Source: an uncultured Clostridium sp. (GTDB lineage Bacteria > Bacillota > Clostridia > TANB77 > CAG-508). Taken from it: a stretch of DNA of 64,000 bases. The stretch spans positions 8,494-72,493 of the forward strand of contig CANRQN010000002.1 in assembly GCA_947641575.1 (NCBI GenBank). Reading direction: 5' to 3'. This document shows positions 50,801-61,700 of the stretch, one piece after another. Under the pieces are notes generated by a model. The model had not been told where the DNA came from. It did not search any database and worked only from the letters and a program-made list of their open reading frames with translations. Position 1 is the stretch's first letter. Every line of letters starts with the position of its first letter. The position numbers and the translations under genes are program-made.

Positions 50801-51414
50801 AAGGTTCTAAGTTCTGCTCTATTTCTGATAATATATCATTTATTCTAAGAAGATTTAACTTAGTTCTTTCAAGCTTCTTCTCTGCTTCTATTTTTCTTGA
50901 TTTATATTTTACAATCCCTGCTGCTTCTTCAAAAATATTTCTTCTATCTTCTGATTTGTTGCTTAATATTTCATCTATTCTACCTTGTCCAATTATTGAA
51001 TATCCATCTTTTCCAATCCCTGTATCCATAAATAATTCTATAATATCTTTTAATCTGCAAGGTGCTTTATTTATAAAATATTGTGATTCTCCACTCCTAT
51101 ATAATTTCCTTGTAACTGTTACCTCCGTAAATTCTACTGGAAGTTTATTGTCTTGATTGTCAAATATTAATGAAACTTCTGCAAAACCTAATGATTTTCT
51201 ATTTTGTGTACCAGAAAAGATGACGTCTTCTGATTTTGCTCCTCTTAAAGACTTCATACTTTGTTCTCCTAAAACCCAACGTATTGCATCTGATATATTG
51301 CTTTTTCCTGATCCGTTTGGTCCGGATTACTGTAGTTATCCCTGGCATAAATTCTAGCACGGTTTTGTCTGCAAACGACTTAAATCCTTGCATTTCTAGT
51401 TTCTTTAGATACAT
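47863..51414 (-). CDS. smc: Chromosome segregation protein SMC; three CGG(+1) sites (48130-48133, 50504-50507, 51321-51324)
   Basis: MYLKKLEMQGFKSF start. Walker A VI-[C]GGA-PNGSGKS, coiled coils, hinge, signature LS-[C]GGA-GERAF, Walker B CVLDEIEAALD. 3552 minus 3 is 1183 codons. Confidence 0.9.
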
Positions 51415-51689
51415 CTTTTCCTCCATAGTTTACACATATGGCTATTATATCATAATGCGAATTTTAGTGCAAGCTGTAGATTTTTGTTAAAATACGTTTT
51501 TTATAATATTCTAGTAGAATACTTCTAAACAGTTACATTTGTCACCTAAAATACCCAGGGTAATTTCATCGAATATTACCCTGTAAAATATCCATAACTC
51601 CTTGTAATCACATTTGTTTTATGTTAAAATAACTTATAGATATATAATTTCGACTGGAGGTATATTAAAATGCCGAAAGGAGTGATTAT

Positions 51690-51944
51690 ATGCCAATATT
51701 ATCTAGTTTCTATGGGATTATTATTAAAATGTTTTTCATACAGGCTGACCACAATCCACCTCATGTACATGCTATTTACGGAGAATATTTAGGTGCTATT
51801 GATATTAGAACTGGTAACTTGATTGATGGTGACTTGCCTAAAAAGGCTCAAGCTTTAGTAAAAGAATGGGTTAATATTCATAGAGATGAGTTACTTCATA
51901 TATGGGATACTCAAAATTTTAATAAGATTCCCCCTTTAAAATAG
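51690..51944 (+). CDS. DUF4160 domain protein
   Basis: FYGIIIKMFFIQADHNPPHVHAIYGEY is the hallmark DUF4160 N-terminus. Confidence 0.75.
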   Translation: MPILSSFYGIIIKMFFIQADHNPPHVHAIYGEYLGAIDIRTGNLIDGDLPKKAQALVKEWVNIHRDELLHIWDTQNFNKIPPLK

Positions 51945-51960
51945 TCAGGAGGTTGATTAT

Positions 51961-52212
51961 ATGTTCTATAAAGTTAAATCAGTAAAACCTTTAGAAAATT
52001 TTATTTTACTAATAGATTTTGAAAATGGAGTTCAAAAGTATTATGATGTAAAAAAGCTTTTTGACAAGTTCACGTATTTTCAAGATTTACTTAATATTAA
52101 TGGTCTATTTGAACAAGTTAAAGTAGAAGCTTATGGATATGCTATTTCTTGGAACGATGACCTTGATATTGCTTGTAATGAATTATGGAATAATGGATTT
52201 ACAAATACCTAA
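51961..52212 (+). CDS. DUF2442 domain protein
   Basis: 83 aa, usual partner of DUF4160 (..GYAISWNDDLDIACNELW). Confidence 0.7.
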   Translation: MFYKVKSVKPLENFILLIDFENGVQKYYDVKKLFDKFTYFQDLLNINGLFEQVKVEAYGYAISWNDDLDIACNELWNNGFTNT

Positions 52213-52268
52213 ACAAAATAACCTATTATATTAGTTTTTCTAATACAATAGGTTATTTATTCTTCTTT

Positions 52269-54310
52269 TTAGCTTTCATCTATTGGTCCAAATAATTCAT
52301 CAAACTTTGCTTCTAGTTCTTTTTGCAAGTCTATTCCTTTATCTTTTTCAGTATTATCTTCTAGTTTTGCAAGTGGTTTTGATTCTTCTATAATTTCTTC
52401 TTGTGGTAGTACTGGAGCAAAGTCATCTCCCAAATCTAATACAGGTTCTTTTTTCTTATCTGTTACTTTGTCTACTTTCTTTTCAGTTTTCTTAGACTCC
52501 TTATTCTCTTCTTCAAATAAATCATCTAAACTTTCCACTTTCAAATCCTGCGTCTTTTCTTCTCCTTTGGTTTCTACATAAGGATTATATGGGTTATACT
52601 TTCTCCATGCTCCTTTTTCTATATCTCTTGCATCATTATGACTTATGGTATATGCTGCAAGTTTTTTTGCCTCTGGTTTTTGGAAGTAATAATATTTTCT
52701 TGCTTTTACTGGTCTAATTCCCTTTTCAAATATTATACAGAAGTCATTGTCAAATCTTCTAAGTTCATCTGGTGTTAGAAGTGCCCTTGCATTTATCTGG
52801 TCTGATACACTTTTGCCTTGCATCCAGTTTTGTCTATCTTTGTTTATCGATATACTTTCTCTTTCTACTGTTTTTTCTCCCAATGCTTTGGAAAAATATT
52901 CTACTGTTTTTTGTGAGTTACTTCCTAAGAATACATGAGTATCACAGTTACCAATTATTGTTTCGTATGATTTTTCGTAAACTGCTTCAAGCTGATCTAG
53001 ATTCTGCAATATTACACTAAATTGTATCGCTCTACTTCTACTGGTTGATATCTTTTTATCAAAGTCTGGTACTTGTCCAATATTTGCAAACTCGTCTAGA
53101 ATAAAATATGTTGGCATTGGTAATCTTCCACCACTTAAATCTGCAAAGTCATATAGTTGTTGTATCATTTGTGCAAAGAATATTGTAAGTAAGAAATCAT
53201 ATGCAGTATGTGTATCTGATGATATAACATAAACTGCTGTTTTTCTTTTTCCTATTTCTTCAAAGTCAATTGTATCTGTTGATGTTAATTCTGCAATTTC
53301 TTTTGAGTCAAACTTTCCAAGTTTTGATTGTAGTGAGCTTAGGATAGAACCATAAGTCTTTTCTGGTGCTATCTCAATAGACTTATAGTACATTCTTGCA
53401 GGATGGTCATATGGAAGCTGATTCATAAGTTCTGAAAGTAAGTTGCTTCCACCTTTATTATTAGCAGCTCTAACAAGTTCCGCACAGCTTGCTAAGTTTT
53501 GTTCTTCTTCTGGTCTTGTTGCTATTAAATAATATATTAATGATTTTAGTAATAATTCTGCCATATCGTCCCAATATGGATCTGAACCACTTTCTGATTT
53601 TTGTCCTTTTACTATCGTATTTGCTATAACGTCTACATCTAATTCTGATGCAACATGCATAAGAGGATTATATCCATCACTGTTTTGTGGTCTAACTAAG
53701 TTTAATACTTTTATATCGTATCCATTTTTTTGTAAAAATCCTGCTGTTTTATCATATAGTTCACCTTTTGGGTCTGTAAATACATATGAACCTAACATTT
53801 GATATGCATTTGGTATTGAGAATGATGCAGATTTACCAGAACCTGAACCGTCCAACTACTAATACATTTACATTTCCTCTTTTATCTACTGGAAGATAAT
53901 TATTTTCTGCAAGTATTATTCCTTTATTTCTACTAAGTATCTTATATTGTTCTCCACTGCTTGCCCAGTCACTCGAGCCTTGTTCTATATCTGTAAATTC
54001 ATTTTTTGGTGCAGTTTTTACAAATCCTACAAACATGAAAATTATATATACTGCTGTAAATTTCCAAAGTAGGCTAAAAAACTCTGATATGTAACTTGCA
54101 AATCCACCTACTACTTCTCCAAGATGTGAATAGCTTTGTGAAAAAGCATCTATAAATACTCCAAAATCAAATGCTCCGATTTAATCCTGCTTGATGCTGG
54201 CCATAGCTAATTGGCATAACAATAACTATGGTCATAAATAACCATAGCACTGCAAATATTATAAATCTATTTTTATTCTTTCTTATTGTTCCTTCTATTT
54301 TATAATGCAA
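52269..54310 (-). CDS. Type IV secretion coupling protein (VirD4/TraG family); two CGG(+1) sites (53847-53850, 54175-54178)
   Basis: TTG start after an AGGTGAGG RBS, N-terminal TM segments. Walker A VVG-[C]GGT-SGSGKS, Walker B FILDEFANIG. 2042 minus 2 is 680 codons. Confidence 0.8.
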
Positions 54311-54333
54311 GTTACCTCACCTACTCTTTTGTA

Positions 54334-54630
54334 TTATCTTACTTCTTCTTCTTTTTCACTTCCTGTTAATACTCTTCCATCTTTACCTTTTCTTAATATT
54401 TCTCCATTAGGTAATATTTCAAAATCATGTCCTTCTACTGCTAATTTAAGTCCTCTTCCGTCCTTTTCAAAGCCTAAAAGCTCTAATAATGCATCATTGT
54501 CAAATTCTTTTCCTTCTGGAGCTTTTATTTCAGTTCTTTCTTGATTAGCTGCAAATTGTGTACATGTAAGATTTAGTTTATCATCTTTGCCTGCTGGCAC
54601 TGTTTTAAATTGTTTCTTATTATTTGACAT
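54334..54630 (-). CDS. Hypothetical protein (conjugative-element context)
   Basis: 98-aa ORF with a GGAGG RBS, tightly packed upstream of the T4CP gene. Confidence 0.5.
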   Translation of the reverse strand: MSNNKKQFKTVPAGKDDKLNLTCTQFAANQERTEIKAPEGKEFDNDALLELLGFEKDGRGLKLAVEGHDFEILPNGEILRKGKDGRVLTGSEKEEEVR

Positions 54631-54642
54631 TTTAACTTCCTC

Positions 54643-55167
54643 CTAGTCTTCTCTTATTTCAAATGCGAAATAAGATTTGTATGGTTTGAGCTTACATTTG
54701 CCCTTGACTTCATTTGTTTGTTCATCAAAATATAATACTGGTTTAACTTCTTCTGCTGTTTCTGGGTCTATAATTGATATTGCTCTTTTTAAGTTTGGTG
54801 TATAATTAAATTCTTTATATTCAGATGGCTTTTCCGAATACAAGGTATCAAACTTAAATGGTGCAGGCTTTTTAGTTATTCTCACTTCGTCTCCAATCAA
54901 AATTCCCATATTTATTACTACTCTTTCCTGACCAAACGAAAGAATTACAAGCTGATTTCCATTTGGAGATGGTTCGTCTACAAAATATGTCTTCCTTGTT
55001 GCTTCTCCTCTTATTTCTGCTGTATAGTCTAGCCTTTCTACTGTATATTTAGGATACTCACTTAAAAATTCTTTCTCTGTTTTATTTACTTGATATATTA
55101 CTGTGTTTATTCCTTTAGGGTCTGTGATACTAAAATGTTTACCTTGTGCTATATCCATTTTTTCCAC
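54643..55167 (-). CDS. Hypothetical protein (conjugative-element context)
   Basis: 174-aa ORF, tightly packed with the next gene. Confidence 0.5.
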   Translation of the reverse strand: MEKMDIAQGKHFSITDPKGINTVIYQVNKTEKEFLSEYPKYTVERLDYTAEIRGEATRKTYFVDEPSPNGNQLVILSFGQERVVINMGILIGDEVRITKKPAPFKFDTLYSEKPSEYKEFNYTPNLKRAISIIDPETAEEVKPVLYFDEQTNEVKGKCKLKPYKSYFAFEIRED

Positions 55168-55314
55168 ATTCCTTTCTTTAAGTATCTAGTTCGTCTTTTG
55201 TTAGGTTTTGAGCGAGTTTTTATTAAAAATTCTCACAATACAAATATATTATACCATTTTTTTGAAATTCTGTCAATTATTTATGTAAGTTTTGTTATGG
55301 TTCAAAATCTTAAA

Positions 55315-56219
55315 TTACTTCATTTGCATATTTTTTGATAATTCTCTTAATTTTTCATATAATTTTATTTCTTCTTCACTTGGTTTTTTAGGTACCATTA
55401 TTCTTATTTCTGCAACTAAGTCTCCTCTTCCACCTTTGCTATCTTTATATCCTCTTCCTTGAATTTTTATTCTCTCTCCACTTTGTATACCTTTTGGTAT
55501 ATAAACAAAATCCGCTCCGTCTATTCCATTTACTTTTATTCTTGTACCAAGTGCCGCTTCCCATGGAGATATATCTAAATAGGTGTGCAAATTTGAGCCT
55601 TCTATTTTAAACTTCTTGTCCTTTTCTATTGTTATTTTAATAAATAAATCTCCATTTTTCCCGCCATTTTCACCGTTTTTTTCCTTGTCCTATTAATCTT
55701 ACTTTTTCTCCGTTTCTAATTCCTGCTGGAATTTTAACCTTAAAAGTTTTCATGCTTCCGGTCTACTGCTCGAAGCGAGATTTTTTTATTTGTTCCAAAA
55801 AATGCCTCTTCAATAGTTACACTTATACCTGTTTCTATATTATCTCCTTTTACTGCTGCTTTTTTATTTTTATTTTTTGGTTCTTCATTTCTTTTTTCTT
55901 TTTTGGCTCCAAAAAGCATGTTAAATGCCTCTCCTAAAATATTATCGCTACTTTTCATATTACCTGAATTTTTTTCTCTATTCTTATCTTTTCCTATATT
56001 ACGGTTCCAATTTCTATCATACTTCCTCTTGCTTGATGGATTCGAAAGTATTCTATATGCCTCATTTATATCCTTAAATCTTTCCTCAGCACCTTGTGAG
56101 CCTTCATTTAAGTCTGGATGATACTTTTTTGCTTTTTCTCTATATGCAAGCTTTATTTCTTCTGTTGATATTCTATTTGTTTCAAATCCTAATATTTTAT
56201 AATAATCTTTAAATAACAT
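55315..56219 (-). CDS. J-domain co-chaperone without zinc finger (CbpA-like); two CGG(+1) sites (55672-55675, 55757-55760)
   Basis: J domain YYKILGF..KKYHPDLN. Junctions RAVD-[C]GGA-SMKTFKVKIPAGIRNGEKVRL and GQGKK-[C]GGT-ENGGKNGDLFIKI. 905 minus 2 is 301 codons. Confidence 0.8.
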
Positions 56220-56270
56220 TTAACATCCTCCGAATTATGCTATAATAGCAAAACAATATAATTAATTATA

Positions 56271-57325
56271 TCACTTTTCTACTGCTAATTCAATTAGTTT
56301 ATCCAATAATTTACTATAATTTATGCCGTGCTTCTCTAAATAACATTGGATACATACTTATAGTCGTAAATCCAGGCATTGTGTTTATTTCGTTTAAGTA
56401 TATTTTGTTTGTTTTATCTTCCACAAAAAAGTCTACTCTTGAAAGTCCTTTTCCATCTATTGCTTTAAAAGCTTTTATCGCTTCTTTTTTTATTTCTTCA
56501 GCTAACTCCTCAGAAATCTCTGCTGGTATAACAGTTTTTGATTCTTCATTTTTATATTTTGCATCAAAACTATAAAATTCGTCTGCTGCTTTTACTTCTC
56601 CGAATAACACCTGTTATTACTTCTTCATTTCCAAGTACAGCACATTCTACTTCGTGACCTACTATTCCTTGTTCTACTAATATTTTTTTATCAAACTTAG
56701 CAGCATATGCTATAGCAGCTTTTAGTTCTTCTATATTTTTTGCTTTACTCACTCCTACACTTGATCCCGAGTTTGATGGTTTTATAAACATTGGAAATTC
56801 TAGTTTTTTAGATACAACTTCACAAATCTCTTCTATATGGCAATTTTTTTCATTAAATTCCTTGTCTATATATATATATTTATCTCCTACTTTTTTTACA
56901 TATTCTGCTTTAGCCTGATTAATCCCTGCTTTATCTAAAATTATTTTTGTGTAAACTTTATCCATAGCAAGACTTGATCCAAGTACCTTACAACCTACAT
57001 ATGGAATATTTATCATTTCAAATAGTCCTTGTATTGTTCCATCTTCACCATTTAAACCATGTAGTACTGGAAAAATTACATCCATATTTTTTAATACTTC
57101 CATGACATTATCTATTTTATTTAAGTCTGTTAATTCTTCTCCAATTCTTGCTATTTCAATTTCATTTACATTTTTTGTGTATTCATACCAAGTTCCATCT
57201 TTATCTATGTACAAAGGTAAAATTTCATATTTTTCTTTATCTAAGTTTTTTAAAACTGAAGTTCCTGATACAACTGAGACATCATGTTCAGTTGATGTTC
57301 CACCAAAAATCACAGCAAGTTTCAT
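56271..57325 (-). CDS. ddl: D-alanine--D-alanine ligase; two CGG(+1) sites (56325-56328, 56599-56602)
   Basis: MKLAVIFGGTSTEHDVS start. Junctions GVI-[C]GGA-EVKAADEFYSFDAKY and FREA-[C]GGC-INYSKLLDKLIELAVEK. 1055 minus 2 is 351 codons. Confidence 0.9.
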
Positions 57326-57340
57326 TAATATTCCCTCTTT

Positions 57341-58733
57341 CTATTTACTAATTTCTTCTACTATTTGTTTAAAGTTCATACTATTTGATGCTTTTACTAA
57401 AATGTAGTCTCCTTTTTTCATTATTTCTTTTACTTTTGCTATCGCTTCTTCATTTGTATTATATTCAAATATGTTTTCCCTACTCATTCCTATACTTAAA
57501 GCTTTGTTTGAAATATGTTTTGAATTTTCTCCTACTGTAATTAATATGTCTATTTTATTTTTGTATACTTCTTCTCCAATTTTTTCATGTATCTCTTTTG
57601 AAAATTTTCCTAGTTCTAACATATCACCCAAAATTGCTATTTTCCTATTTGCTGCTTTTGTACTTAGATATTCTATCGCTGCTTTCATTGAGTCGAATCC
57701 CGCATTATATGTGTCATTTATTATTTTTACTCCATCCTTCGTTTCTACTACTTCCATTCTATTTTTCGTAAGCTCAAATTGGCTTATTCCTTCTGATATT
57801 TTATCTACTGATATATTATTTTTTAGTCCTACACATATTGCACATAATGCATTGATTACAAAATGCAATCCACCTATATTTATTTTGAAATGGTATGTTT
57901 TTTCTTCTATTTCTACTTCAAATTCTGTTCCTTCTTCAAGTTCTATGATATTTTTTGCCATGATATCACTTTTATTTTGTATTCCATATGTCATAATATT
58001 TTTTGTATCTTTATTTTTTAGATACCATTCATGTAACATATCATTATCATTGTTTATGATAATATTTGATTCTTTTTCCATTCCTTCTAGTATTTCAAGT
58101 TTTGCTTTTAATATGTTTTCTCTTGAACCAAGATTTCCTATATGAGCTGTTCCGCACATTTGTTATAACGCTTACACTTGGTTTTGCAATTCTTGTTATT
58201 TTGCTAATTTCCCCCATATGGTTCATTCCCATTTCTACTACTGCTGCTGTATGGTCTTTTAGTCTTAATACTGTTAGTGGCACTCCTATATGGTTATTGT
58301 AATTGCCATTTGTTTTAAGTGTTTTATACTTTTCTCCCATTACACTTGCAATTAAATCCTTTGTGCTGGTTTTTCCAACACTACCTGTTACTCCTATTAC
58401 TGGTATGTCGTATAAACTTCTTTTATATGTAGCGATTTTTTGAAGAGCATCTATAGTGTCTTCTACCTCAAGTATTGCTCTATCTTGGTATTTTTGTAAG
58501 TTTTCTTCTGTAATTTCTATTTTGTTTATTATGCAAGCTTTTGCACCATTTTCAAATGCTTTTTCAAAAAGCACACTTCCGTCTATTTTTTCACCTTTTA
58601 TTCCTACATAAATATCCCCTTCTTCTATTTCTCTTGTGTCTTTTTTGAAGCTTTCTAATGTTTCTTCTTCACTTCCTGTAAGTAACTTTCCACCACATAG
58701 TTTTATTATATTTTTGATTTTTATTTGTTCCAT
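57341..58733 (-). CDS. murF: UDP-N-acetylmuramoyl-tripeptide--D-alanyl-D-alanine ligase; one CGG(+1) site at 58151-58154
   Basis: GVTGSVGKTSTK motif. Junction SVITNV-[C]GGA-TAHIGNLGSRENI. 1393 minus 1 is 464 codons. Confidence 0.9.
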
Positions 58734-58924
58734 AGTTTTCTACCTCTTATTTTAGTTTATTTCTTCTTGCCTTATTTTATCACATTATTTTAGTAAAAAA
58801 AAGAGGCAAATATTAATCTGCCTACTTTCAAATTAATCTAAAATACACTTTCTTTTAAATCCTTTTAGCTCTTGTTCTTCTCTCTCTAATAATCTTGAAT
58901 TTTCTCTTTTCCTCATATATTGCA

Positions 58925-60775
58925 TTACTTTAGTCTTTTCTTTAAATATTCTGCTAATTTTTTGTCTACACAGTATATATAACATCCTTTTTGTCCCCTA
59001 GTAAGAAGAGTTCTGTATGTGTTTTTAATTATTATATCTGCTTTTTTTGTAACTCCCTCTGGATCTTTTTTATAACCTGATTTAAAACCTCTTATAGATT
59101 TATCATCTTTTGCTCTTTCGTGAAAATCTGTAATGACTTTTCCATTTTCATATCTTAAATCTTTTCCAATAATTACTCCTATATAATCAAATTCTAGTCC
59201 TTGAGAAGTATGTATACATCCTGCTTGTTCTACTGATTTTTCATCTGTTGCCCAGATTGTATTAGTAAAGTTCCATTTCATTTTAAAATCATATTCAGGA
59301 ATAATTATATCATATTTATCCCCCTCATGGTCCTTCTTCGTTACCCAATTCCAACAGTCTCCTGCTACTATTCTGGCTTTATTTCTTTTCTCATTACATT
59401 TTATAATTTCTCTTCTTAAATCGTTTGGATTGTCAAAAATTCTAACATCATAATCTTTTAAAAATCCCATGTCAATTTCATTATTAGCATCTTCATATTG
59501 CAATGATGCTTCCACCCAGTCTATAAAATTTTCAGCTCCTATACATCTAAATTGTGCATTTAACTTACCGTATGATATTTCTGCACCTGCTTTTTTTGCA
59601 AAATATTCGATTCTATCTATTGTCCCATAATCATCAACATGTACTTGTTGCTTCGGATCTATGAAGAAGATAGCAAATCTTGCAGAGTTTATGATCTCTT
59701 TTATTTGATCTTCTCCCCTCATATTAAGATTGCTTTTTTTAGTTAGCCTGTGAGCTTCATCTACAATTAATGTATTAAATTCATTTTTCTTTTTATTGAT
59801 ATATGATCCTGATCCACAGAATAAATTTTTAAATTCTTTAGATTTATATTCTCTTTTTAATGGTAATGTATATACATCCCTTATAGAACTATTTTTACTA
59901 ACATATTGACAGTCCATTTTACACTTTTCTGTAAGCTCTCCTAATAGATTAATTGCTATCACAGATTTCCCTGTTCCAGGTCCTCCTTCTACTATATAAA
60001 CTCTCTTTTTCCCATAATCCCTTGATAATTTTGCTAATCTCTTTGCTTCTTCAAATATGTTTTTTTGCAAACCCATCATTGAGAATTCTTCTTTTCCTTT
60101 TAGTATATTTAATATATTATCTTGTAGCTGTTTTAAGTCTGTTATCCCTTGGTTTTTAATCATATGTATAGTTTCTTTATTATCTCCATATTTAATATTG
60201 TCTGTAATAAATTGCTTTAGTTTGTCTTCTTCTCCATTTAAAAATATTGGTGATTCTTTAAGTAACTCTTTATAATGCGCATTAGTTATTGCATCATTTT
60301 CAGTTTTTTTATAATTATGTAAGCAAGAACATGGTTTTACTATTATTTTTTCTTCTTGTACTGCAACATAGAAATTCTTCATATTTTTAGCATATGAAAG
60401 AGATTGATATGATGGATGTGGTTCTATTTTATACATTCCATTTACCATATCATCTCTATCAGTTAAAGCTTCTGCTATTTCCCATCTTTTAAACTCTATA
60501 ATAATTAAGGTATTTTTCTTTTCACTATTTAGCCCAGAAATCATGAAATCTATTCTTTTATTTGATGGATATAGCTTAAATTCCATATATACTGTTATAT
60601 CATCTGGAAAAATATCATCTTTTAATATATCTTTCATATAATTAGCTGCATCAATCCACGCTTCTTGTTCTCCTTCCTTCACATTCATTCTTAACTTTTC
60701 TAATATTTTTTTTGCTATTCTATTATTGTTTACATCTTCTAAAAATTCTGTCTTTGATTCTACATATGATATCAT
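58925..60775 (-). CDS. DUF2075-family P-loop helicase-like protein with an N-terminal PD-(D/E)xK-like module
   Basis: 616 aa. IDFMISG..LIIIEFKRW nuclease-like motif, Walker A GGPGTGKS, Walker B LIVDEAHRL, C-terminal UvrD_C-like IHTSQGLEFDY and LLTRG. Confidence 0.7.
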   Translation of the reverse strand: MISYVESKTEFLEDVNNNRIAKKILEKLRMNVKEGEQEAWIDAANYMKDILKDDIFPDDITVYMEFKLYPSNKRIDFMISGLNSEKKNTLIIIEFKRWEIAEALTDRDDMVNGMYKIEPHPSYQSLSYAKNMKNFYVAVQEEKIIVKPCSCLHNYKKTENDAITNAHYKELLKESPIFLNGEEDKLKQFITDNIKYGDNKETIHMIKNQGITDLKQLQDNILNILKGKEEFSMMGLQKNIFEEAKRLAKLSRDYGKKRVYIVEGGPGTGKSVIAINLLGELTEKCKMDCQYVSKNSSIRDVYTLPLKREYKSKEFKNLFCGSGSYINKKKNEFNTLIVDEAHRLTKKSNLNMRGEDQIKEIINSARFAIFFIDPKQQVHVDDYGTIDRIEYFAKKAGAEISYGKLNAQFRCIGAENFIDWVEASLQYEDANNEIDMGFLKDYDVRIFDNPNDLRREIIKCNEKRNKARIVAGDCWNWVTKKDHEGDKYDIIIPEYDFKMKWNFTNTIWATDEKSVEQAGCIHTSQGLEFDYIGVIIGKDLRYENGKVITDFHERAKDDKSIRGFKSGYKKDPEGVTKKADIIIKNTYRTLLTRGQKGCYIYCVDKKLAEYLKKRLK

Positions 60776-60796
60776 ATTATTCCCTCCATATAAGAT

Positions 60797-61114
60797 TTAA
60801 AGCTTATTATATTTAGTACTTACTCCTTTTGCTTTTTCTACTGGATATTTCTTTTTTGTTTTTTCTAACTTTTTAATTATTATCTCTTCTGGGTCTACCT
60901 CCAAACTCATTGACATTTGAATACAGTATGTAAAAACATCTGCTAACTCTTCACATACATCTTCCTTATTATAATTTTTGCTATCCCATTGGAAGCACTC
61001 CAGTAATTCTCCAGCTTCAATTGATATCGATTTTGCCAAATTTTCTGGCGAATGGAATTTGTTCCAGTCTCTTTCTTCATTAAATTTTCTTATTTCTTCT
61101 ATTAATTTTTGCAT
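60797..61114 (-). CDS. MazG-like nucleotide pyrophosphohydrolase (small all-alpha NTP-PPase)
   Basis: MQKLIEEIRKFNEERDWNKFHSPENLAKSISIEAGELLECFQW..EELADVFTYC is the EExxE/D MazG core. Confidence 0.75.
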   Translation of the reverse strand: MQKLIEEIRKFNEERDWNKFHSPENLAKSISIEAGELLECFQWDSKNYNKEDVCEELADVFTYCIQMSMSLEVDPEEIIIKKLEKTKKKYPVEKAKGVSTKYNKL

Positions 61115-61193
61115 AATTATTATTCCTTCTAACTTATATTTATTATCTAGCATAAAGTGGTATTTTTCTCAATAATAACTTTATGATTATGTT

Positions 61194-61559
61194 TTAATTT
61201 TGAAATAATAGCATTTTCCAGTTCTCCTCCTTAAATCCAACAAAAACACTTTTATCAGATATTAATATTGGTCTTTTTATAAGCATACCATCACTTGCTA
61301 ATAACTCTATCTTTTCCTTATCAGTCATCTTTGTCAATTTTTCTTTTAAATTTAACTCTTTATATTTTAATCCACTTGTATTAAACCACTTTTTTATTTC
61401 TTGTTTACTCTCTTTTATCCATCCTTCTAATTCTTGCTCTGTCGGCGTTTCTGTAACAATATTTCTTTCTTTAAAATCAACTTTGTTTTCTTCTAGCCAT
61501 TTTTTTGCTTTCTTACATGTAGAACATTTTGGATATTCTATAAATATATTATCTTTCAT
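61194..61559 (-). CDS. ArsC/Spx-family (thioredoxin-fold) protein
   Basis: 121 aa. CSTCKKAKKWLEEN..FKERNI..LIKRPIL. Confidence 0.75.
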   Translation of the reverse strand: MKDNIFIEYPKCSTCKKAKKWLEENKVDFKERNIVTETPTEQELEGWIKESKQEIKKWFNTSGLKYKELNLKEKLTKMTDKEKIELLASDGMLIKRPILISDKSVFVGFKEENWKMLLFQN

Positions 61560-61665
61560 TATGATTCCCCCTAAATATTAATTACTTGTATCTTTTTATT
61601 GATTCTTTATTTTTGTTTAATTATATCATCTTTTGCAGAAAAATACTAGTATCTCTTTACATCTT

Positions 61666-61696
61666 AAAAGCACTAGAGTTATCCCCTAGTGCTTTT
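61666..61696 (-). terminator. rpoC terminator
   Basis: aaaagcactag / ctagtgctttt stem directly after the rpoC stop. Confidence 0.7.
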
Positions 61697-61700
61697 CATC

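Noticed and set aside
58833-58916. 27-codon minus-strand ORF just downstream of the DUF2075 gene
   Set aside because: It has no RBS and sits between the DUF2075 stop and its terminator. It is likely non-coding.
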